A stretch of 64,000 nt of DNA. It comes from Fistulifera solaris. Its lineage: Eukaryota. The notes under the pieces are model-generated. The model was not told the DNA's origin and searched no databases. It saw only the letters and a program-made list of their open reading frames with translations. The stretch is from NCBI GenBank assembly GCA_030295235.1, contig AP026172.1:372001-436000 (forward strand), given 5' to 3'. Positions 10,938 through 21,793 of this stretch are shown piece by piece. Numbering within the stretch: position 1 is the first letter of the stretch; each line of letters opens with the position of its first letter. Both the position numbers and the translations under genes were made by a program.

Positions 10938-13900
10938 ATGGAGCACGTTGCACCAGAAAACAATTCGCACAGCACTCCCGGTCGGAATTTTTTGCCAGCT
11001 TGTTCAGAAGACTCCGCCGATACGCCTATTCAATACACTTCATTCGATGAGGCGACGTCGAAACGCTTCGACAATGTCCAAATAGGGCTATCCGATTCGC
11101 AAAGCCCTATTAGTGAAGAAATGGACGTTTTCCCCTTACATGCACCAACACCGGCCCGATTACATTCGCTAAACGTCGAAGAAGCAACGCCACTGGTTTC
11201 CAATCGAAGTTTCTTGTCTCATGTGCGTGGAATTCATCGTCCCGCGTCGCCTTCGGGAACGTTTCCTGTTGAATCACCCAATCGAATGAATCATCGTCCA
11301 AGCGAAACGAAAAGTTTGGTTGACTCCGAAGGAGATTTTTCGGTTGAAGAAAACACATCCGTACTACCGCAGCACCTCATGATCGACCCAAACGCAAAGT
11401 CCTTGCACTATCAAATCGTTTATCGAGGTACGGTTTCACTACTGGCTACGCCTTCCATCAACGGGACGCGGAATGGTTCCTATTTGAGTTACGGTGATAT
11501 TTTTGAGAGTTCATGGTGCAGTACAATGCACGAGACAATTTCGGAAAGTGAAGCGCGGCAACTGAAGCCTAGATCCAACGTCGAAAGGCTTCATTCAGGT
11601 CCCCCTACCATGCCATTGCTGCAGAATCACCCCACCAGTGAAATGAATTGCTCACATTCCTTTGTCCGTGTAGATCGTGTGTTGACTAGAGGCTATTCGC
11701 TCAATCCGAGTTCGCAGTCTATTGACTACAATGGATCTAAAACTTCATTTGGTGGGCAATTCTCCGGATTTGTCGTTTCGCATGTCCGCGACCAATGCAT
11801 TGCCAAAAGGCTAGATACCGTACCAGAAATCGAAGAAAGAATTATACTGCTAAAGGTCACCTCATCCTCACCTATACCTGTTTTCTCGGGTCCTTCATTC
11901 GATGCCCCCCAATTGAAAGCAATGGCTTTGCCAGGGACGATAGTGGAAGCATCCTTACGAATTCGACTGCTCAATGACACAGGCGAGGACAGGAGAGTTT
12001 CTTTTCTGCGGCTCAATCATCGGCATGGGTGGCTGGCTGACCGCAGGCAAGGATCTGACGTGCCCACTGTAACTGAAATCCCTATCCATGCGTCGGGAGG
12101 TGGTGATTGTGACGAGTCGATAATGTCGACTGCGTCTACTATGACATCCTTCAGCATGTCCTCTCATGCAAGGCGCAAGCACCGCCCTCCGCGCCGAAGA
12201 ACGGATGCGTCCATTGAAGCTCCTGCATTAAATATCTCTCGAATCAACAGCGAGATTGGTCCCAGTGGTACCCCGGAGAGAAGTTCGTCCTTTCAGGATT
12301 CTAGTCAGTGTTCGAAGAAACTGCCTAGTCCTGTCTCAAATGTATCGCTGCTTTCTGACGAGTCCTCAATAGATCATAACACGTCCGATTTACGCCATCC
12401 TCAATCTCCAGATGTTTCACACTCAACCAATAAAAGCACTGGCTCATCGAAGAGCAAATCAACCGTATGTCTGTATCTCATGCGAGTGACATCACCACGG
12501 GGTCTCAAAATTCTCGATACGCCTCATTTTCAGGTCAATCGCTTGATTCGTAAGAATTTAAATACTTTAGAGGTCATTCCCTCTTCGCACTTGGTAAGCA
12601 AAATGGAATCCGGTCCTCCAAAGAAGCACCATTCTATTTTTCACACCATGTCGGGACGTACAACAACAACGAGCCCTAGTAGCCGTACGGGCAATCCAGC
12701 AATATTCGATTCCGGATCAAGAACTAGAATATTACCGCGTGGTGTTTTTTTCGAAGCTGCAAGCCGGCTAGAGCAAACAGGAGCTTTTATTGACGGTGAG
12801 GGATTAATTAAATTGTCGGATAATAGTGGCTGGGCGATTGTCCCACATGAGGGAGTTGTAATTGATCAGTATTGCGGCTATCAGGGCCAGACCTTAGCAA
12901 ATCGTCGAGCTTTTGAAGAGGTCGGAAACGCAGTTATGCATGAATCGGGTTCCCTTGGCGATGACAACAGGTCGACTATTTGGTTACGTGTAGAAGTCCG
13001 GTCGGGCTTGCCCATTGCTTGTCCTCCGCCAATGGACATCTTCAATGACGGGGATACTTCACCGACATCGTCGCGAGATTCGTCTTCGATCGGCGGTTCT
13101 CATACAGGCTCCAATGTTATTGTTGGACATGAGTCTGATGTGGCTTCCTCTGTCGGAAGCACTTTCATAGATTCGGTCTTTCGGACCCCGGGGAAGAATC
13201 GAGAAGCTGAAGAAAGGCAATCCGAGGTTCCTAAGCCCTTAACTCACGCAGATATTGCTTCCTCTTTGATGAGTGACTCGGTGGCGTGTGGAACATGTGT
13301 TGAGGTACATAAATGGTTTGCACCCAATGATGGAAGTCCGGAAAGACAAGACTATGCACGATTACGAGGCGGTCAGGGCTGGTTACCAATGTATATTAGC
13401 GGAAAAGTGACATCTGTTACAATACCAAAGCCCGAGTTTCGCTTTGGATCGTTCTGGTTTCGAGTCAAATCATCGCGCGGTGTCAAAGCCCGACAGGGGG
13501 CCTTCAAGGAAGGCACCCTCTATTCGCTCTGAAGACGGCGCACGTGTGATGCGCTTCGAGTGCGGAGAATTTTTGAGGGCGTCCGAAATTGTGACAGTTT
13601 TTGCTCTGGACGGTAAAGCAGTGGAGAGTTTCGCCAAGCTGTACAGGAATCGCCATGTACAGCTCTATAGAGGACATGAGCCATTCCGGCCTCTAGCTTC
13701 GTTAGCAGCACCAGCAGAATGGGTTCCTATTTTTGCATCTTCTGAGCAGTTTTTGGAAGAGTGCACAAATGCCCCAAGAATCGAACGTCACAAACAAGGA
13801 TGGAGGTATAAAGTTGTCCCTGAAACTGGTATTGCTGTGCGCAAAGGCCCTTCCTTTGCGTCGGAAACAACAGGAGCCGTCTTGCTTGGTGGGGAGAGTG

Positions 13901-14139
13901 TGATTGTCAACGAACGCGTGACACCAGGAGGCGAGACTATTGCCTGGTTGCGTCTTAATGACGGTCAGTGGGTTCATGACACAGATGACGACGGAATTAA
14001 GGTAATGGCTTCGCACTCGTTGTTTCACCGATCAATCCCCAAACCAAAACGAGAGCAGACGGGTACAGGCACCTTAGACGGGAAGGAAGCGGCTTATAAC
14101 AGAATTGTCTCTCGCTTATTTCACGGCGTAAACAATTAG
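10938..14139 (+). CDS. Large hypothetical protein with repeated SH3b-like modules and Ser-rich linkers
   Basis: Recurring units such as V..GPSF.A, FLRL...HGWL, IKLSDNSGW, RLRGGQGWL and WLRLNDGQWV. Frameshift in the G run at 13496-13500. Confidence 0.6.
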
Positions 14140-14866
14140 ATATTCCGGAGTAATGCGCAGCACATTGACCCTTAGGACGGTTAACATAATTTCCCAGTCG
14201 ATAAAGTTAACACTCTGGAGACTCCGTACGGTAATTTATGCATGGGTGTTAGGTATCGGTACTGGGATGTTTAGCTAGGTATATGGTAGACAAAGATTAA
14301 GGAGACTGGAGACACCAGCCTTTCAAAGTCACAGAAGACAGTCATCACGATGGACAGTAGCGACAAACATTGAGCGCCCCACTATTTTTGTTGTGTCGAT
14401 TTGATTATGAAATACGGGGGCACATCGGTGTAATCTCATCTTTTTAAGGAGTGAGTGGTAAGCACTTCCTTTTGCGTTAAAAAAATTTGTTGGCGTCTCT
14501 TGCAGGCCATCCGTCAACTTTCAAGCATAATCGATGTTACGAAACAAAGCATCCGCCATCACAACTGGACTCTCTAGCTGGAAATAACTTAGTCAGCAAA
14601 GGGCTGCTTTTGCGCATCGGTACTCAGTCCAATAAGTAGAATTGATCTTCAGAGAAGGGAACATAAAAATGTGCGTGGTCGTGTAGTGACCATGACCCAT
14701 GACCATGACCGTACAGTCATTTTCCAGCGGCTTCCTGTTGCATGTTGCAACTGTTCGAAAGAAAGCAAGAACCCTTCCACAATGCCAATACGGGGTAATA
14801 ATTTGCATTGCTTTGCTAGGAATTGGGAACTGTATCGGCCTAGCTCGCCGTCAACCAAAGCCCGTC

Positions 14867-15634
14867 ATGCCTCACCTGTTTTGTCCCAAGAAGACAAAAC
14901 AGGCTCTCGAGGCATCGCCTGATTTGGGTCACATGAGTCCCTCTGTTCAGAAACTGGCGGAAGATGGAAAACTCGACCATATTTACAACATACCTCTATT
15001 GGAACTCAATTGTCAGTTCGGAATTGTTCGAAACCGCACGGACGAACAAATTCCACTCCAAAAGGCAGTAAAACGGGAGCGTTCAAGACAGAAATCAAAA
15101 GTAACTTTGGTGTTCGCCGTTCGGCGCCCTGGGTGACCTGCGTGCCGCGAGCACGGCCAACAGTTGGCTGAGCTCGTGGCGGAAGAACCGTCCACGGCCC
15201 TTCTCGCCACTGTCAAGGAGACAGGTGCCGATGACGAAGCCCTCCTCGACTTCTACGAAAAGTATTTTGCAAGGCATGCCATTTACCAAGACGAAAAGTG
15301 GAAGTTGTATCATGCCATGGGAGGCAGAAAGATCGGTATAGGCAAGGCGGTGCTTGGATCACTGAAATCCTTCAGACGGTATCGAGCGAAGAAAATTCAG
15401 GCGAGCCATAATATCACTACTGTAGATACATGGATGCTGGGTGGTGTCCTCATATTCGATAGACAAGGAATTCTGCAACATGTAGTTGAAGAAGATTTTG
15501 GTGAGCCCCTTGATGTCCACGCAATTAAAAAAGTTATTGAAGACATCAAGAAGAACCAAGAAAATAAGGATACGGGTAATTCAGCTTCACAATTAGCCGA
15601 GGCTGGCAGTGAGAGTCACCTTACCGAATCTTAA
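14867..15634 (+). CDS. Selenoprotein U / PRXL2-like (AhpC/TSA-type thioredoxin fold), copy 1; Sec at TGA 15134-15136
   Basis: ORFs 14699..15136 and 15164..15634 are in the same frame and separated only by TGA in VRRPG-TGA-PACRE, matching the PRXL2/SelU RRPG(C/U)xxCRE motif. C-terminal LGGVLIF. SECIS-like hairpin downstream. 255 aa from ATG 14867. Confidence 0.9.
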
Positions 15635-15792
15635 ACTGTTGATTGGAAATTAGAAGGACAGAAATATATAGCTGTGATGGTCGCTTGTTGATGATGTGTG
15701 AATGATGTCCATACATTTCAAAGTAATGGATTGATCAACACTCCTTGATCGCAGTCACTCGGCATGAGCACGAAGTGCGGTAGTCTGGAATG

Positions 15793-15864
15793 ATCATGGA
15801 ATCTGTGAATGACGGTTGTTCTTTTCATCTTCGATGGAACAACTTGATAAGCATATTTTATGAT
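15793..15864 (+). promoter_or_regulatory. SECIS-like element of SelU copy 1 (type II-like, non-canonical apical U run)
   Basis: Helix I ATCATGGAAT/ATTTTATGAT. Core ATGA at 15809-15812 and TGAT at 15845-15848. Helix II GGTTGTTC/GAACAACT. Apical TTTT plus ministem CATC/GATG. Confidence 0.75.
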
Positions 15865-16264
15865 ACGCCCTGGCTTTTCCGCCTGTGTGAAACTCCATCG
15901 TCGATGCTTGCTTTTGGCATTTGAATCAATGAATCACCTGGTCAGTTGCGTAGTGAATTATGATACTTATAGAATCGTTACTACGGAAGAAATGGCTCAA
16001 GTTCCGTCGGCTTTGAAATAGAGAAAGCTGTACGAGAGGCTGCGATGGCTTTCTACCACGACACTCTGCAACGATTCTCGAACAGCAAACGCACCGCCTA
16101 CGAAACGATGTCACTAGAGAAAACGCTTGTTCTTTTGGGATGCTCCCTTACATACACTAGCCTCATTCTTCCTTTTCCCACCCTGATCATTCATTAAGTC
16201 GATACCAGCACATCGACGTCGAAGAACGGTCAAAGCCAATCCAAGAAGTGGTGAGCAGGTCAGA

Positions 16265-16352
16265 GATGATTAATGAGTGATGAGAGATGATAGATGATTA
16301 ATGAGTAATGAGTGATGAATGAACGGTGAACGGTAAACGGTAAACGAATGAG
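16265..16352. repeat. Low-complexity 7-nt repeat tract between the SelU copies
   Basis: Degenerate gatgaga/gatgagt/aatgagt units followed by (aacggtg/aacggta) repeats. Confidence 0.7.
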
Positions 16353-16780
16353 CTTAAAGTTACTTGTTTTAAAACATTATTGAACATTGAACCTATTAAT
16401 AATATAGGAATTTATGTACACTTAAGTTTCGCTACTCCGTATATATTTTAGATGTCATATGACCCGTGAAGCAGTGTATTCTCTTTCCCAACTCCCAACG
16501 GTTTGCATGGTACATTACAGTCTAGTGTCCCTTAACCTTTTCTGTTTTCCGTACCTGGTAACTGGTAACATGTTACGAGCAGCAGAGAGCAGGGGCATAG
16601 CATAGCGGGCTCAAATACCAGGTACGCAGAAGCAGAACACATCATTTGTGATGCATGATGCCTGAGTCATCCTTTCACCTTCTAACGACTTCGTTTCACT
16701 GCCTTCCATCCGTCTATGGCATAAATTTTTGACTTTTAACTTGTATTTGTAAAGCAGCTTGTGGCGATTCGAGTTCCATC

Positions 16781-17555
16781 ATGCCCAGTCTCGTTTCTCC
16801 GAAGAAGACGAGGCAGGTGGTGGAGGCATCGCTTGATACTAGTCAATTGAGTCCCTCCGTCAAAAAAATTGGTGGAGGATGGAAAGCTTGACCACGTTTA
16901 CAACATTCCTCTATTGGAACTCAATTGTCAGTTCGGAATTGTTCGAAACCGCACGGACGAACAAATTCCACTCCAAAAGGCAGTAAAACGGGAGCGTTCA
17001 AGACAGAAATCAAAAGTAACTTTGGTGTTCGCCGTTCGGCGCCCTGGGTGACCTGCGTGCCGCGAGCACGGCCGACAGCTGGCTGAGCTCGTGGCGGAAG
17101 AATCGTCCGCGGCCCTTATCGCGACGGTAAAGGAGACAGGAGTTGACGACAAAGCCCTCCTCGACTTCTACGAAAAGTATTTTGCGAGGCATGCCATTTA
17201 CAAGGACGAGAAGTGGAAGCTGTATCATGCCATGGGAGGCAGAAAGATCAGTGTCGGCAAGTTAGTGACTGGACTGATGAAATCGTTTCGACGACACCGA
17301 GAGAAGAAAATCGAAGCAAGTCCTAACATTACTGCCGGAGATGGATGGATGCAAGGTGGCGTCCTTATATTCGATAGACGAGGTAATCTGAGACATGTAA
17401 TCGAAGAGGATTATGGCGAGCCCCTCGATACACAAGCCATCAAGAACGTTATTGAAGAAATTAAGCGAAATCAAAGTATCAAGGACACTGATGATTCGGG
17501 ATCGCAATTCGCCGAGGACATCAGTGAGAGCCTCCAGGATACCGAGTCATCTTAA
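16781..17555 (+). CDS. Selenoprotein U / PRXL2-like, copy 2; Sec at TGA 17049-17051
   Basis: ATG 16781 (MPSLVSPKKTRQ, paralogous to MPHLFCPKKTKQ). One extra A in the A7 run at 16862-16868, probably an assembly error. Same RRPG-TGA-PACRE motif, C-terminal QGGVLIF, SECIS downstream. Confidence 0.85.
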
Positions 17556-17618
17556 TTATTGGTTCGAATTCAAACGAAGCGGAGCCTTTGGGTAGCACGA
17601 AGCGAAAGATTGGCATGA

Positions 17619-17686
17619 TCATGGATCTGTGGATGACGGTTTATCTAAGCCTTTTGGTCGAAAAACCTGATGAATTTATTCCATGA
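17619..17686 (+). promoter_or_regulatory. SECIS element of SelU copy 2 (type II)
   Basis: Helix I TCATGGA/TCCATGA. Core ATGA at 17633-17636 and TGAT at 17668-17671. Helix II GGTTTATC/GAAAAACC with one mismatch. Unpaired AA at 17647-17648 and ministem GCC/GGT. Confidence 0.85.
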
Positions 17687-17928
17687 CGCGCCTCCCTTGC
17701 CAACTTTGTGCCGAGCCTATATTATTACTCCAGAGTAGACCAAAATAAGCACGTAGTGTTATTTATTATGAGCGACTTACGACGACTCCGTATCAGTTAG
17801 AATGAACTAGACACTAAAATAATCATCAAGAAAGAACAGTTACATAAGATAACGTTGCTCTTAGTTTTGCAAATGCCCCGAGACTGTCGCTCACACCAAC
17901 GCTCTACCGTATACATGGTATTCTCTTT

Positions 17929-20281
17929 TTAAAGATCGTCATCATCAATGTCGTCATCATCACCATCATTTTCATAAAAGAAGTAATTTCCGCTAGCTTT
18001 TTGCTCCTGATCCTTTTGCGATCCTCGCTTATTGATTCTGTGGGTAGAAGATAAGAAGAAGTTGTGAGTGACGCAACATTTCTCAAATGCAAATGCTTTC
18101 CGAGAGCCATAGAAATCACGCTGGTAGGAAATTAAAACATAAGACTTGAAGCTTTCATAGCCGACACTAGAACAGTGCTCGCGTTTGCGAAAAGGCGTAA
18201 AGAATTGTTTCTCGTCATTCCAGTCAAACACTCACTAGTCACCAATGGAAGACTCACCGAGGACGGAAGTTGACAGGATCACGACGAAATGTAACCTGCA
18301 AGCTCTTGAGAAACGTGTTCATACCCGTGAGAAGCGACTGCGGAGAAGTGGCCGTAGCTTCCACACCAGGCTTTCCCTCGTAGACAACTACTCGATCAGC
18401 CAAATACGTAGCCATGATAAAATCGTGTTCCACGACAAACGCTGTCTTCTTGCTATGCATGATGAAACGCTTAATAACTTTGGCGCAGTTGACGCGCTGC
18501 TCCGAATCCAGATAAGCGCTGGGTTCATCAATCAGATACACATCGGCTGGTTGACCTAGAGCCAAAACGATAGCAAGTCGCTGTAATTCACCGCCCGAAA
18601 GGTTCTGGACACCATTATCGATGATGTTGTCAATTACCAACGGTTTCATCACATCAGATATGAACTGAGGGTGAATGTACGCATCTCGAACGCGTTTGTG
18701 AAGAAGTTGCCGAACCGTGCCCTGGAATTTAGGTGAAATCTTCTGTGGCTTATAGCTTACATTCAGTTCCGGTACTCCAGCCAGCGACGCTTCGTAGTCG
18801 AGTCCCTCAGCTTCAAGCTGAACCTGCTCGTCGCTCTTCAGCAAGCCTGCTAACATTCGCACGAACGTCGTCTTTCCGGTTCCATTTTCTCCAAGAAGCA
18901 CAATAATTTCAGAATCCGTGAATTCGCCCTTTTGAACGTGCAAGATAAACTTCGAGTCATCTCGTGATTGCGTTTTTGTCATGTCTGGATAAGAATAGTT
19001 TTTCAAGATATCGTTCTTGTCGCTACCCGCCTCGGCGCGTTCCGATACCTATTATAAATAAAAATGTTGTAGTCAGCAAACAAATGTCATCTACCGAAAG
19101 CATCGCAACAATATCTCGTGCATACCTTAAACGTCAGTGCATGATCTCGGAATCGCATATTCTCCGACTGAACAAAACCAGCCAAGAAAGCATTGATACC
19201 GTTGCGAACACTATGGGGCATCGTCACTACACCATAACCACCGGCTTGACCGTAAAGAATGCAAATATAATCACTGAGATAGTCCAAAACCGCCAAATCG
19301 TGCTCCACGACCAATACGTAACGCCGATCGGCTCCGGTGCCCTCTAAGATTTTGCGAATCATCGCGGCAGCCGTCAAACGCTGCTTCACATCGAGATACG
19401 ACGACGGTTCATCGAACATGTACACATCACTGACTTGCACAGCGACGGCAGCAATCGCAAATCGCTGCAACTCCCCACCACTCAGTACACCGATCTGACG
19501 ATCGACCAAATGTTCCAATTCAGCTTCTTTCAAAGCCCAGCCCAGCACGTCCCAACCTTCTGCTTCCGTGCGTTCGTCTTTCGATTTGAGTACATCAATG
19601 ACCGTTCCTTTGACGGCGCGGGGGATGTGATCTACATACTGTGGCTTGATGGTGGCTTTCATGGTATCTTCCAAGATGCGGGTAAAGTAGTTTTGCAACT
19701 CACTTCCACGAAAGTACACCAAGATTTCTTCCCAATCCGGAGGCGTCTCGTATTTTCCCAGATTGGGCTTCATTTTTCCTGCCAGGATTTTCAGTGCTGT
19801 CGACTTACCGATACCGTTGGTTCCGACCAAGCCGAGTACCTGCCCCGGACGAGGCATAGGAAGTCGATGCAGCTTGAATGAGTTGGGACCGTAACGGTGT
19901 GTCGTGTTTTTCTCAAGATCTTTCGGGAGGTTGATGATATTAATGGCTTCGAACGGACACTTTTTGACGCAAATACCACAACCTGAAGAAAATGAAAAAA
20001 AGAAATGCAAGAATGGGCAAGATAGGGTAAGAAGGCGTCTTAGAAAGTCAGAAAGGAAGAAGTTGATTTTGCAAACGTACCGATGCAAAGGGGCTCCGAG
20101 ATGAAAGCAATTTTACTCTTCGCGTCGACTTCGATGCACATCTTTCCCAATTTGACGACAGGACACGACTTTTTGCATTCCTGACCACACTTCTTGGGCT
20201 TGCATCTCTCTGCCCCGACGATGGCAATACGTGTCATCGTCTCTTCCTCCTGCTGCTGGCGGCTTTTTTTTTCGGCGCCAT
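17929..20281 (-). CDS. ABCE1: ABCE1/RLI1 ribosome recycling ATPase (4 exons)
   Basis: Fe-S domain [15 protein letters not shown] and [12 protein letters not shown]; two ABC domains ([26 protein letters not shown]). GT-AG introns at 19983-20080, 19049-19125 and 18038-18257. Start at 20281 needs a homopolymer fix at 20264-20272; otherwise 20237. Confidence 0.97.
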
Positions 20282-20778
20282 GATGCTGAATTCTATTGGG
20301 GTAATTTATTAACTTGGTATTCAAAAGGTTTGCTTGAACGTTTACTGAATTGAAAGACACCAGCCGTCGAATGCTGCTCCGCCGTGCCTGTACCTTGACA
20401 TTCATATCAAATCAATAATGTTACGGAGTACTTCATATACCTTATTTAGCGTTCATTTCGAAGTACGAAGTACGAACGAACGGTTCGAAACGCTGCGTCT
20501 GGGCGCTTGGCCGTCATCACACAATCCGCGATTTGAACTCTCCGTGATTGCCAACTAAAGAAAGGGGAAATGCGCACCCACTAACAAAGTGGTACCATAG
20601 TCTGGCAGCGAGAGCCTTCTAGGCAAGTTCCCAAATACAAAACAGGTGACAAACAGCAGTACCAGGTATATATTCTAAATTATGGCTCTAGAAAATCAAA
20701 ACCGTAAATTGTCGAGGTAATTCTACTAAAACAACGGTTAAAAATCACTGCAGCAACGAATCCAGCAGAGCAGGATCT

Positions 20779-21463
20779 TTAGAGACGACCGTTTCTTTTT
20801 TTCACTTTTGCGAATTCTGTCTTGGAAACTTCAACGTCGTTACCCTTTAATTCGTAAACATAGCATACAACTTTATCTTCCTGCACCGCCAGCAGGACGA
20901 ACGAAGGTACGACATCGGATGTCACCGTCGATGTTGCGCCCGTGATGGATCCCTAGAGAGTTGCGTGATGATTGTTAGGTTCAAAGTAAAGAAGCAAAAG
21001 ATTTGAGACTGGCGTGCAACGATCGCAGCACAAGATGCCCGGATGAACTCACCGGATTGATGTAACAGCAATCATCTTCAATCACCACCGAGTTTTGATG
21101 CGTGTGTCCGGTAATCAATATGTCAACATTCAATTTCCGCCGCGTTGCTGCCAGTGCAGCATGACTCTTCCACGGCACAATTTGATGTCCGTGTATCACA
21201 CCAATTCGAAACGGTCCTACTTGCACGACACGACTTTCCGGATACGTGGCAGAAGTATCATTATCCCAATCTCCGGCCACAAAATGGAGATTCGGTGCCA
21301 ATGACTGCAATTCTGCATCGTTCGTGGGACAATTGCCCGTACAAATGACGTGCTGCATACGACCGGGAACGAGCATGCGTTTGAAGGGCGCGGGGATCTT
21401 GCTCGCTCGCGAAGGGATGTGCATGTCGCCCAGGACCAGTACTAATTCTCCGAAGCTTGCCAT
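20779..21463 (-). CDS. VPS29: Retromer subunit VPS29
   Basis: LVLVLGDMHIP, GVIHGHQ, ITGHTH, INP|GSITGA and PSFVLL motifs. Intron at 20953-21052. Confidence 0.95.
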
Positions 21464-21793
21464 GACTCAAAATTGTTTGTAGTTGTATAAAATTCAAAGT
21501 ATAGTCGATTAGAAGAGCGATGTGTTGTAGTCTATCATCTCCATGCTTCGAGATCTTTTTTTGTTGTTGTATGTTGCTCCGCGTTTTATTTTAGGCGGTC
21601 GAAACGCGACGATGGACAGACATGAATCGCTGCGGTAATCGGACCGACAAATTCAAGGATTACTTGGACTGTATGAAATCACGACGTTGCGGTTTTCCAT
21701 CGCCATGAACAACATTTATGTGTATTTTCAGATTTCTACTTTGAACGACTGGTATTCTTCATCCAGACAGCTTCTATTGCCTTTTTTCCACAA

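Noticed and set aside
15134..17051. Reading the TGA codons as nonsense mutations (two pseudogenes) or as sequencing errors
   Set aside because: The same TGA occurs in both copies at the catalytic Cys-equivalent position, the downstream frame is intact and conserved, and SECIS hairpins are present.
17555..20281. Functional link between ABCE1 (termination/recycling) and the adjacent UGA-recoded genes
   Set aside because: Only convergent adjacency; no sequence evidence of coupling.
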